DNA from: an uncultured Clostridia bacterium
GTDB lineage: Bacteria > Bacillota > Clostridia > Oscillospirales > SIG627
Length of the DNA: 64,000 nt
Reading direction: 5' to 3'
Assembly (NCBI GenBank): GCA_946645685.1
Contig: CAMPCJ010000001.1
Span: forward strand, 1,167-65,166
In this document: piece by piece, positions 26,979 through 35,122 of the stretch
Numbering within the stretch: position 1 is the stretch's first letter
How the letters are laid out: each line of letters opens with the position of its first letter
Position numbers and translations under genes: made by a program
Notes under the pieces: model-generated
The model's input: only the letters and a program-made list of their open reading frames with translations
The model's database searches: none
What the model was told of the DNA's origin: nothing

Positions 26979-28505
26979 ATGAAGAAGATCGTGAGTTTTC
27001 TCGTCGCGCTGACGCTGCTCGCCTCCGGGGCGTGCCTTTCCGTGTATGCGGATATGGTGGACGGGACCTCTTCCGCTTTCATTCAGAATACTACCGACGC
27101 CCGGGATCTCCAGGCGTACGGTTTGCATACCTTCGCTTCGTTTAAAGCGGCGACCACGCCCTCCGTGGATGGCGCCGTCAATACCGGGGAGTATCCCGGC
27201 GTTTCCGACGTGGCGAAACCGGGCGACGGTCTGTGGCTCACCGGCAACGACGGTTCCGCTGACAACGCCGGCAAGGTGGACGGACTGGACGAGGTGGTTC
27301 TGGAGACGTATCTGGCGTATGACGACACTTACGCTTACATCGCCGAAAAGGTAACGTCTTCCGTTCCTCTTCCTTCCACGGTCTCCGCTTGGGTCCGGTA
27401 CGGACTCAATCAGTCCAAGCTGATCCCGGAAGCCTACTCCCACGCGGAGAATAAGTATAAGATCACCTCCTCCAACGTGATCTCCATTGACTCCAGTAAC
27501 GCCAACGCCAAGTCCCGCACGTATCTGAACGGATTGGGAAATCTTTCCAGAGAGAACATGAAATATTTCGACGGCACCACCGAATGGAAGGCCTCTACCT
27601 ATAAGTCTGCCGAAAACGCCGCTTTCACTCGGGACGGGGACACGTTCATTTTTGAATACCGTCTCCCTCTTGCCGACATCGCGTATTCCGCTTTCGGTGA
27701 GTTCAGCCAGGCAAAGACGGCGGAATTGATCGCGTCCGGTCAGTTCTTCGGGTCTTACAGCTTCTCCTTTACCATCGGCGGATCCAATTATTATCTTTCC
27801 ACCGCCATCCCCGGCAACGCCAAAGCGGACGCGTTCTCCGGCGATGATTCCAAGACCTGGACCGAGGCTCTGCAAGAGTATTATACCGACGCCGACGGCA
27901 ACAATTTTGAGCAGAAGTACCTGCCTTCCCCCGTTTGGCATTTTCCCACCAGTGATCCTTCTTCCGCGGTGATCCCCGCAGGAAGCAGCTTCCGGAACGG
28001 CGGCAGCGGTATCTACGGCTTCGATAACGTGCCCTCCGTTTTCCGCATGGTCAACAGCGAAGGGCAGTACAAAAAGGGCGATTACAACAGGTATTACACC
28101 TTTACGCTTTTGGCGGCGGGTACGGAAAATACGGATCCTTACGTGGGCGACACCCGCACCATCCCCGTCACCTATCGCGTGCGGAGCGGATACAATACCA
28201 AGCTTCAAGGCACCTTTGCCAATTTCAACGAAGGCAGCTTTGACGCCTCTAAGCTTCCCTCCGGCCTTTACACGCTGGTCGTTACCTTTACAACGCAGGA
28301 GTGGGATGGAACGCAGTGGGTCGATACCGGCGTGACCCGCAATTTTGCCCGGAATATCACCATTGCCGGCTCTGCCCGCGCCGCTTCCGCGTCCTCTCAG
28401 ACGGGGGACGCCGTGATCTTCATCATTTCCGGTATCCTTGTCGCCGCCGCCGCGGTGACCGGAGCCGTCCTCCTTTCCAAGAAGCGGAGAAAGATTTCCT
28501 TTTGA
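26979..28505 (+). CDS. secreted, C-terminally anchored surface protein, paralog 3 of 3
   Basis: AAGGAG RBS and signal peptide MKKIVSFLVALTLLASGACLSVYA. Shared motif AATTPSVDGAVNTGEYPG. C-terminus ASSQTGDAV, a hydrophobic helix, then KKRRKISF. Confidence 0.85.
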   Translation: MKKIVSFLVALTLLASGACLSVYADMVDGTSSAFIQNTTDARDLQAYGLHTFASFKAATTPSVDGAVNTGEYPGVSDVAKPGDGLWLTGNDGSADNAGKVDGLDEVVLETYLAYDDTYAYIAEKVTSSVPLPSTVSAWVRYGLNQSKLIPEAYSHAENKYKITSSNVISIDSSNANAKSRTYLNGLGNLSRENMKYFDGTTEWKASTYKSAENAAFTRDGDTFIFEYRLPLADIAYSAFGEFSQAKTAELIASGQFFGSYSFSFTIGGSNYYLSTAIPGNAKADAFSGDDSKTWTEALQEYYTDADGNNFEQKYLPSPVWHFPTSDPSSAVIPAGSSFRNGGSGIYGFDNVPSVFRMVNSEGQYKKGDYNRYYTFTLLAAGTENTDPYVGDTRTIPVTYRVRSGYNTKLQGTFANFNEGSFDASKLPSGLYTLVVTFTTQEWDGTQWVDTGVTRNFARNITIAGSARAASASSQTGDAVIFIISGILVAAAAVTGAVLLSKKRRKISF

Positions 28506-28511
28506 CCGATG

Positions 28512-28542
28512 AACACTGCATCTTTTTGATGCAGTGTTTTTC
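28512..28542 (+). terminator. rho-independent terminator after paralog 3
   Basis: 11-bp perfect stem aacactgcatc/gatgcagtgtt, loop ttttt, then a T-run. Confidence 0.85.
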
Positions 28543-28609
28543 ATAAGGGTTGCCCGGCTCATGCACCGGGTGCCTGACGGTAGCCTTACAAAATCAAAGG
28601 AGCAAAACT

Positions 28610-29239
28610 ATGGAAAACGTAACCGTATTTGACCATCCCCTGATCCATCATAAAATGGCGATCCTGCGCGATAAAAACACCAGCTCGAAGCAGTTCCGTG
28701 AGTTGGTGGGCGAAATCGCGACCTTGATGGCGTACGAAGCTTTGCGCGATCTGCCTTTGAAGGACGTGGAGATCGAGACGCCCATTGCCAAATGCACCGC
28801 TAAGATGATTTCGGGCAAGAAGCTTGCGATCGTTCCCATCCTCCGCGCCGGACTCGGTATGGTGGACGGGCTTCTCACGCTGGTGCCCTCCGCAAGAGTC
28901 GGTCATATCGGTTTGTATCGGGATCACGAGACGCTGGAACCCCATGAATACTACTGCAAACTGCCGGAGGACGTGGATAAGCGGGAAGTCATTCTGCTGG
29001 ATCCCATGTGCGCCACCGGCGGCTCCGCTTCCGCGGCGATCGAGTTCATCAAAAAGCGCGGCTGTAAGAACATTAAATTTATGTGCATCATCGCCGCCCC
29101 CGTCGGTCTGGAGCGCGTTCAGAAGGATCATCCCGACATCAAGGTCTACTGTGCCTGCGTGGATGAAAAACTCAATGAGATCGGTTATATCGTTCCCGGT
29201 CTGGGCGACGCCGGCGACCGCATCTTCGGTACCAAGTAA
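28610..29239 (+). CDS. upp: uracil phosphoribosyltransferase
   Basis: [28 protein letters not shown] motif [13 protein letters not shown]-terminal [13 protein letters not shown]. Start set at the internal ATG 28610 after AAAGGAG. Confidence 0.95.
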   Translation: MENVTVFDHPLIHHKMAILRDKNTSSKQFRELVGEIATLMAYEALRDLPLKDVEIETPIAKCTAKMISGKKLAIVPILRAGLGMVDGLLTLVPSARVGHIGLYRDHETLEPHEYYCKLPEDVDKREVILLDPMCATGGSASAAIEFIKKRGCKNIKFMCIIAAPVGLERVQKDHPDIKVYCACVDEKLNEIGYIVPGLGDAGDRIFGTK

Positions 29240-29248
29240 TAAAGAAAC

Positions 29249-29293
29249 AAAAAAGAAGCGCGGAAAGAATTTCTTTCCGCGCTTCTTTTTTTT
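29249..29293. terminator. bidirectional terminator between upp and the mscS-like gene
   Basis: A-run, 13-bp stem gaagcgcggaaag/ctttccgcgcttc, T-run. Sits between convergent genes. Confidence 0.85.
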
Positions 29294-29306
29294 GTAAAGC
29301 TTTCCG

Positions 29307-30110
29307 TTAAGAATGCATGTGAACGTCCATTTGGGGATAGGGAACTTCGATGTCCAGCTTTTCAAAAGCCAGTTTGACCTTTTCCAGAAGGTCGAAGCGA
29401 ACGTCCCAATAGTTTTCTTTTTTCGTCCAGGCACGCAGGGTGATGATCAGGGAAGAAGCGTCGCGATCCGTCATTCTCGCAAAAGGCGCCGGATCCTTCA
29501 GCACCATTTTGTTTTGATCCGCCACCAGGAGAAGGATCTTTTTGACCCGGTCGACGTCCGCGTTTGCGCTGACGTTGAAGTCCAGATCCACCCGTCTGTT
29601 TTCCTCGGAGGAGAAATTGACCACCGTGGCGTTGGAAAGTGATCCGTTGGGCATCACCACATCCCGGTTGTCTACCGTGGTGAGGACGGTGTACAGGATG
29701 GAGATGCTCTTGACGGTGCCGCTCTTGTCGCCAACTTCAATGTAATCGCCCACCCGGAAGGGATGGCAAAGCAGGATGAGGATGCCGCCGGCAAAGTTTG
29801 CAAGACTTCCCTGAAGAGCCAGACCGATGGCAACGCCGCAGGAGCCGAGCAGGGTCACGATACCGGTCATGTTCACACCCAGCGTGGCAATGGCGGTCAT
29901 AATGAGGATCACTTTGAGAATAAAACTAATGGTGGAGATGAGGAAGCTCCGGGCGGTTGCTTCCATCTTTCCGAAGAGTTTTCCCTTGCGGAACAGCCTT
30001 TCCGCAAATTTGATCAGGTACCATCCGATCACGATGATCGCCAGCGCGCCCAAAAGGCGCAGTCCGCCGCTCACCAGGTGCGGCATCAGATTTTTCAAGA
30101 ATTCCGTCAT
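29307..30110 (-). CDS. small-conductance mechanosensitive channel (MscS family)
   Basis: Three N-terminal TM helices, then the pore-helix/beta-domain junction LANFAGGILILLCHPFRVGDYIEV typical of MscS. Confidence 0.85.
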   Translation of the reverse strand: MTEFLKNLMPHLVSGGLRLLGALAIIVIGWYLIKFAERLFRKGKLFGKMEATARSFLISTISFILKVILIMTAIATLGVNMTGIVTLLGSCGVAIGLALQGSLANFAGGILILLCHPFRVGDYIEVGDKSGTVKSISILYTVLTTVDNRDVVMPNGSLSNATVVNFSSEENRRVDLDFNVSANADVDRVKKILLLVADQNKMVLKDPAPFARMTDRDASSLIITLRAWTKKENYWDVRFDLLEKVKLAFEKLDIEVPYPQMDVHMHS

Positions 30111-30127
30111 GTTTTCATTCCTTTCTT

Positions 30128-32137
30128 TCAGTTCAGGTGATAACTCTTTTCATAGGGTGCCAATTCCTCCGGGGAAGCGCTTTCCACAAAGGCGCGGGCG
30201 GCGCGGCCCGCTCTTTGAAACAGCGGCATTGTCAGGATCTCCGGGTCCCAAAGTCCGTCAAATCCCGTCTGCCGGGTACCGAAGAAGGCGCCCGGTCCCC
30301 GGTGTTCCAGATCGAAATTTGCCAGCTCAAATCCGTCTTGACAGGAGCAGAGCTTTTGCAAGCGTTCCCGGACGGTCTTGGAGGAAGCGGAGGAAACCAG
30401 GATGCAGGTGGAAGCGATCTTGCCCCGACCCACTCTGCCCCGGAGCTGGTGCAGTTGAGATAAACCGAAGCGCTCCGCGTTCACGATCACCATCGTCGTG
30501 GCGTTGGGGACGTCCACGCCCACTTCGATCACGGTGGTGGAAACCAGGATTTTCGTTTCGCCCGCCTTAAAGCGCGCCATGATCTCGTCTTTTTCCGCGG
30601 GCTTCATTTTTCCGTGAAGCAGGGCAGAAGAAACGTGCGGCAGATGCTTTTGAACGGCTTCCCATTCCTCCTTGGCGGATTGGAGGGGACTTGTGTCTTC
30701 TTCATCTTCGATCAAAGGACAGACCACGTAAGCCTGTTCCCCCGCCTCCACCTTTTCCCGGAGAAAGTTGTAGATCCGCTCTTTTTTGTCCTCCCCCACG
30801 TAGAAGGTTTGAATGGGGATCCTGCCCGGCGGCATTTCATCCAGCACGCTGATGCGGCTTCCGGCGTAGAGAAACATGGCAAGTGTGCGGGGAATGGGCG
30901 TTGCGCTCATCACGAGGGAGTGAAAGGCGCCGCCCTTTTCGTTCAGCCGGTCGCGCTGCCGAACGCCGAAGCGATGCTGCTCGTCGATCACCGTTAAAGC
31001 CACGTTTTCGCACAGGGCGCTGTCCTCGAACAACGCGTGCGTACCCACCAGAATATAGGGCTCTTTCCGGGTGGTCTTCTCATAGAGCGCCTCTCGCTCC
31101 TTTTTGGTGGTGGAACCGGTGAGCAGATACAGGGGAAGCCCCGTTCCCTCAAACAATCGGGAAAGCCCCGCATAGTGCTGACGCGCCAGGATCTCGGTGG
31201 GCGCCATGATCAGTGTGCTTTTCCCGTTTACCCCGCAAAGGAAAGCCGCGGCGGCGGCAACAACGGTTTTTCCGCTGCCTACGTCTCCCTGCAAAAGCCG
31301 GTTCATAGGGGGAACTTCCTCTTTGCCGCACATATCATCCCAGATCTCGCCGATGACCTTTTCCTGCGCGCCGGTCAAGCGGTAGGGAAGGCGAGAGGTA
31401 AAGGACGCAAGCTTCGGCGCAGTCATACCGGGCACTTTTATATCCACGGTTTGCCGGTTGAACAGAGCCGCCTGAACGGAAAACCGGAACAGCCGATCAA
31501 AAGCCAGGCGCTCCCGCGCTTTTTCCAGCGCCGCCAAACTTTCCGGCCGGTGCATACTGTAAAGGGCGTGCGCCAGGTTGGGCAGGTCTTCCGCCGCACG
31601 CACCCGTTCCGGAAGCGGATCGGCGATCTGAGGCAGACACGGCAGCAGGGCGGCGTCGATCCATTTGGACAGGGCTTTGCCGGATAGCCCCGGAAGCGGC
31701 GCGTATACCGGTAAAAGGGCGTCCGGGTCAGGTCTTTCCGTCTGCCGCTCCGGTGAAAAGAGATACAGTTTTCCTTTTTTCTCCCGCAGAGCGCCGAAGA
31801 AGAAAAAAACGTCCCCTTTCCGGATCTGTCCCTTTAAGTAGGGCTGATGGAAGTACAGTACGGTCACACGCGTTCCGGCGTCGTCTTGGGCGGTGAATTT
31901 GAAAGCCCGCCTGCCGCCCGGATAGAAGGAAACCGTCGGCTCCGCGGCAACGGTCAATTCATAGCAGGCTTCTATGCCCACCCGTTCCGGATCAAGGGGA
32001 AAGACCGTTCCGCTCCGCCAGCTTCTCGGTAAGGTAAAGATCAGATCGGAAAGGGTCGCGATCCCGGCTTTTTTCAGCGTGTCCCTGCGGGCGTCGCCGA
32101 CGCCTTTCAGTACTTCAACGCCGTCATTTGGTTTCAT
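30128..32137 (-). CDS. recG: ATP-dependent DNA helicase RecG
   Basis: Walker A GDVGSGKT, Walker B VIDEQHRFG, QLRGRVGRG (motif VI), N-terminal wedge-domain region. Start ATG 32137 overlaps the upstream stop (ATGA). Confidence 0.93.
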   Translation of the reverse strand: MKPNDGVEVLKGVGDARRDTLKKAGIATLSDLIFTLPRSWRSGTVFPLDPERVGIEACYELTVAAEPTVSFYPGGRRAFKFTAQDDAGTRVTVLYFHQPYLKGQIRKGDVFFFFGALREKKGKLYLFSPERQTERPDPDALLPVYAPLPGLSGKALSKWIDAALLPCLPQIADPLPERVRAAEDLPNLAHALYSMHRPESLAALEKARERLAFDRLFRFSVQAALFNRQTVDIKVPGMTAPKLASFTSRLPYRLTGAQEKVIGEIWDDMCGKEEVPPMNRLLQGDVGSGKTVVAAAAAFLCGVNGKSTLIMAPTEILARQHYAGLSRLFEGTGLPLYLLTGSTTKKEREALYEKTTRKEPYILVGTHALFEDSALCENVALTVIDEQHRFGVRQRDRLNEKGGAFHSLVMSATPIPRTLAMFLYAGSRISVLDEMPPGRIPIQTFYVGEDKKERIYNFLREKVEAGEQAYVVCPLIEDEEDTSPLQSAKEEWEAVQKHLPHVSSALLHGKMKPAEKDEIMARFKAGETKILVSTTVIEVGVDVPNATTMVIVNAERFGLSQLHQLRGRVGRGKIASTCILVSSASSKTVRERLQKLCSCQDGFELANFDLEHRGPGAFFGTRQTGFDGLWDPEILTMPLFQRAGRAARAFVESASPEELAPYEKSYHLN

Positions 32138-34299
32138 ACGGCAAGGATATTCGCCGAGCCCTCGCAAAGAGAGACGATCTCCCGGGACGCGGTGGACAGA
32201 ATAAACTGTCCGCAGCACTCCGAAAGGATGCCGATCAGTCGGCGGATCTCCTCAACGCCGCAAGCGGAAAAGGGATCGTCAAAAATCATCGGCAGATCGT
32301 TTTTATTGAGCAGCTCGGCAAGCCCCAGGCGAAACGCGAACAGGCCGGTTTCCGTCAGCTGCCCGCCTCCCAGGGAAAGGACCGGCAAAACCGAGTCGTG
32401 ATCTTTGTAACACAGTTCAAAATGATCGTCGAACAGGAAGGATTCGCCGTCTTTCAAAAGGAAAGACAGACGGCGGTTGATCCCGAGGGTGAGCGCCTCT
32501 TTCAAACCGGATTCGAAGCGGCGTTTGTTAGCGGCAGCCAAAGCCAGATCCATCTTTGCCACCTCGTACAAATGCTGCTCCTGCCGGACGGCGTCCGCCA
32601 GGGCGGCTTCCTTTTCCGAAAGCTCGTCCGTATCACGGATCTCCTCCCGAAGTCGGGTCAGCTCCTGCTCCACGGTGTCCCGGCGCTGGATCAGCGCCGC
32701 CGTTTGTTTCGTCAAGAACGTCAGCTCTTTCTCAAGCGCGTCGAATTCCGGGCTGACTTCCAGGGATTCCCGCCCCACGTCTTTGGAAAGGCGGGTCAGG
32801 TATTCCGACCAGTCGTCCCGGATGCGGTCTTCCAGGTCGAATACGTTTTCGTTGGAAGCGACGATCTCGTCGCACGCCGCCAAAAGGTCTTCCTCTTGTT
32901 CGTGACCCAGCGCATGGAGCTTGCGGTCAATGCGCGCGCGGACTTCATCGGCGACTTGCTGTTTTTCAGCGCATTTTCTCTCGGCGACGGCAAGGGCGTC
33001 CCGGTACATTTGAGAGGTTTTCGCGTGGGCGTCGATCTTTTCCCGGAAGGAAAGAAAGTCGTCCAGATCCGACCGTCCGTTTTCCTCCAGGATACGGCGG
33101 ATGGCAAGGGTGTTGAGCCGCCCCGCCGCAAAAAGAGCGGCGCCTGAAAGGGCGAGGGCGCCGACGACGGCAAGACTCTGCGCCCAGCTGAAGTTCAGGA
33201 AAAACAGCACGGCGCCCAAAATGACGCCCAGGGCGATGAGTACGACACTGATCACTTGTACGATCGTCCGCTTTTTCTTTTCACGGCGGATGCGCTCCCA
33301 TTGGGCGTCATAGTGCTCCGCGCTTTCCCGCCCGGTGAACAGAGATTCGTGATATTCCAGCGTTTCCTGGGCGGTGGAAAGGTTGTTCCGCGCTTCGCCC
33401 AATTCCGTCAGTGCCAGGCTGAACCGGTTATAATCCCGTTTCAATTCGTCCGTTTCCGCGCGGTTCAGGATGCCGACCTTGTTGGATAATTCGTACTTGA
33501 TCTCCCGCAGTTTTTTTTCTTTCTCCTGGATCTCCCGCTTGAATTCCGCGGCGTTCTCCTTGTTGCGGCTGAGATTCAGATCGTCTTCATAATTTGCCAT
33601 GTCCGCTTTGATGAGGACGCATCTCTTTTCGTTTTCATCCAGACGTGTGCTGATCTCGCTCAGAACGGCTTCATTATGATGGATCTGTTCGATTTGAGCG
33701 GGGCGCTGACGAAGGGCTTCCCGCAGCTTCTCCAGCTCTTGATCCTTGCGATCCAGCGTGCCGGTGCCCTCCTCGTTGGAAAAACTCTCCGCTTTCGTTT
33801 TCAAGCTGAGGTAATCCCGATAGATGTTTTCGGTTTCCGGACGAAAAGAGGCGATCTGATCCAAAATGGAAATATCCGGGCGGAACACCGGCGCTTCATA
33901 GCGCGCTTGCCGAAAGTATGCGATCACGTCGAAGGCGGCTTGATCCAACCCGGTAAGATATTGCCCGGGGGTCAGATCCGTGACAACGTCTTCCTTGGTC
34001 ACGGCGTTGGTAAAGGAAAGGGACTCTCGGTCCTCTTCCAGACTGCGTTGAATGCGGTACAGCTCCTCCCCGCGACGGAAAAGAAGCGTGCCCAGGGCGT
34101 CCTCCGTGGCTCCCACGGGGAAGGAAACGGCTTCGGCGCCGTACAGGGCAAAACGAATGAATTCGCAGATGCTGGTTTTGCCGCTGCGATATTCACCGAA
34201 TAAGACGTTGGCGCCCTCGCCTGGCTCCAACACCAGATCTCTTATTTTTTTAAATCGACATATCTCGATCCGCTCAATGGCGTATCTCGCTTCTTTCAT
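32134..34299 (-). CDS. SMC/Rad50/SbcC-like ABC-type ATPase with two central TM helices (YhaN-like)
   Basis: N-terminal head IERIEICRFKKIRDLVLEPGEGANVLFGEYRSGKTS (Walker A). Long heptad-like charged arms interrupted by VQVISVVLIALGVILGAVLFFL and AVVGALALSGAALFAAG. C-terminal head has LSLGGGQ (signature) and PMIFDDPF (Walker B). Confidence 0.7.
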   Translation of the reverse strand: MKEARYAIERIEICRFKKIRDLVLEPGEGANVLFGEYRSGKTSICEFIRFALYGAEAVSFPVGATEDALGTLLFRRGEELYRIQRSLEEDRESLSFTNAVTKEDVVTDLTPGQYLTGLDQAAFDVIAYFRQARYEAPVFRPDISILDQIASFRPETENIYRDYLSLKTKAESFSNEEGTGTLDRKDQELEKLREALRQRPAQIEQIHHNEAVLSEISTRLDENEKRCVLIKADMANYEDDLNLSRNKENAAEFKREIQEKEKKLREIKYELSNKVGILNRAETDELKRDYNRFSLALTELGEARNNLSTAQETLEYHESLFTGRESAEHYDAQWERIRREKKKRTIVQVISVVLIALGVILGAVLFFLNFSWAQSLAVVGALALSGAALFAAGRLNTLAIRRILEENGRSDLDDFLSFREKIDAHAKTSQMYRDALAVAERKCAEKQQVADEVRARIDRKLHALGHEQEEDLLAACDEIVASNENVFDLEDRIRDDWSEYLTRLSKDVGRESLEVSPEFDALEKELTFLTKQTAALIQRRDTVEQELTRLREEIRDTDELSEKEAALADAVRQEQHLYEVAKMDLALAAANKRRFESGLKEALTLGINRRLSFLLKDGESFLFDDHFELCYKDHDSVLPVLSLGGGQLTETGLFAFRLGLAELLNKNDLPMIFDDPFSACGVEEIRRLIGILSECCGQFILSTASREIVSLCEGSANILAV

Positions 34300-34323
34300 G
34301 CCGCGTACCTACCCAAAATGATA

Positions 34324-34346
34324 TTCACCTTATATTATAAGGTGAA
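34324..34346. promoter_or_regulatory. perfect 23-bp palindrome overlapping the -10 box (candidate operator)
   Basis: TTCACCTTATA-T-TATAAGGTGAA: 11-bp arms with no mismatch. Confidence 0.55.
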
Positions 34347-34362
34347 AAGGGAGTCAAGTCAA
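34334..34362 (-). promoter_or_regulatory. consensus sigma-A promoter of the SMC-like ATPase-recG unit
   Basis: Minus strand: TTGACT (34362-34357), 17-nt spacer, TATAAT (34339-34334). Confidence 0.65.
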
Positions 34363-34397
34363 TTCTTTTTTGTCATCCCGCCATCTTTTCTGCCGGA

Positions 34398-34431
34398 ACG
34401 GGAAAGAGGAGCAGTCCGAAGACTGCTCCTC
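34398..34431 (-). terminator. probable terminator after the deacetylase pair
   Basis: 11-bp perfect stem gaggagcagtc/gactgctcctc with a 4-nt loop. Only a weak U-tract (TTTCC) follows on the minus strand. Confidence 0.55.
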
Positions 34432-34435
34432 ATCG

Positions 34436-35122
34436 TCACGGTCCCAAAAGCTCGGAAACGGTGACGAACTGGTATCCCTCTTCCTTCAGGCGCGGAAGCA
34501 GGATCCGCAGGGCGTCCGGCGTGGAGAGCCGCTTGTCTCCCAGGTCGTGAAAGAGAATGATCTCACCCGCCGCCGCGCCGTTTTCCACCTGGCGAATGAT
34601 CTTCTGAGCGGATACCATGGTCCAGTCTCTGGTGTCCACCGACCACAGCACGCAGGTGTAACCCATTCCTTCCACTTGAGAGATCGTCTCCGTGGAGAAA
34701 TATCCGCCCGGCGGGCGAAAGACCACCGGCTTTTCGCCGCAGATCTCGGTGAGGATCTCCTCGGTTTTCCCCACTTCCTCCCTGATCTCATCGGCGCTCA
34801 TTTTGGTCAGATACCGATGGGACCAGGTGTGATTGCCGATCTCATGCCCGGCGTCGTGGATCTCCCGGATGCGATCCGGATGCGCCCGGGCGTTCTCCCC
34901 GATGACAAAGAAAGTGGCTTTGGCGTCGTTCTCCGCCAGGATCTGCAGGATCTCCCGGGTCTTTTCTTCACTGGGCCCGTCGTCAAAGGTGATGGCGATC
35001 CGGCGTTCTTCCGTGGATGCCCGGCGCACCGGCTCCCCGTGAACGACCATCCCGCCGCCCGCCAGGGACATCGCCGTCAGCGTCAGGAGAAATCGGGAGG
35101 CAAAATGCTTTAAGCGTCCCAT
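34436..35122 (-). CDS. polysaccharide deacetylase (NodB family)
   Basis: IAITFDDGPS, HEIGNHTWSH, and an N-terminal hydrophobic signal/anchor. Start ATG 35122 is preceded by GGAGGAATT and overlaps the upstream gene by 13 nt. Confidence 0.85.
   Translation of the reverse strand: MGRLKHFASRFLLTLTAMSLAGGGMVVHGEPVRRASTEERRIAITFDDGPSEEKTREILQILAENDAKATFFVIGENARAHPDRIREIHDAGHEIGNHTWSHRYLTKMSADEIREEVGKTEEILTEICGEKPVVFRPPGGYFSTETISQVEGMGYTCVLWSVDTRDWTMVSAQKIIRQVENGAAAGEIILFHDLGDKRLSTPDALRILLPRLKEEGYQFVTVSELLGP

Noticed and set aside
23843-28562. Antisense ORFs of 511 aa and 533 aa (23843-25378 and 26961-28562, minus strand) opposite surface-protein paralogs 1 and 3.
   Set aside because: The plus-strand genes have promoters, AAGGAG RBSs, signal peptides and terminators. 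The minus-strand frames have none of these, and their sequences are low-complexity and Gly/Arg-rich.
28543-28609. A hairpin (cccgg-ctcatgca-ccggg) in the upp leader, considered as a PyrR-type attenuator.
   Set aside because: I see no match to the PyrR-binding loop consensus (ARUCCAGAGAGGYU-like). The stem is short and no terminator/antiterminator alternative follows.
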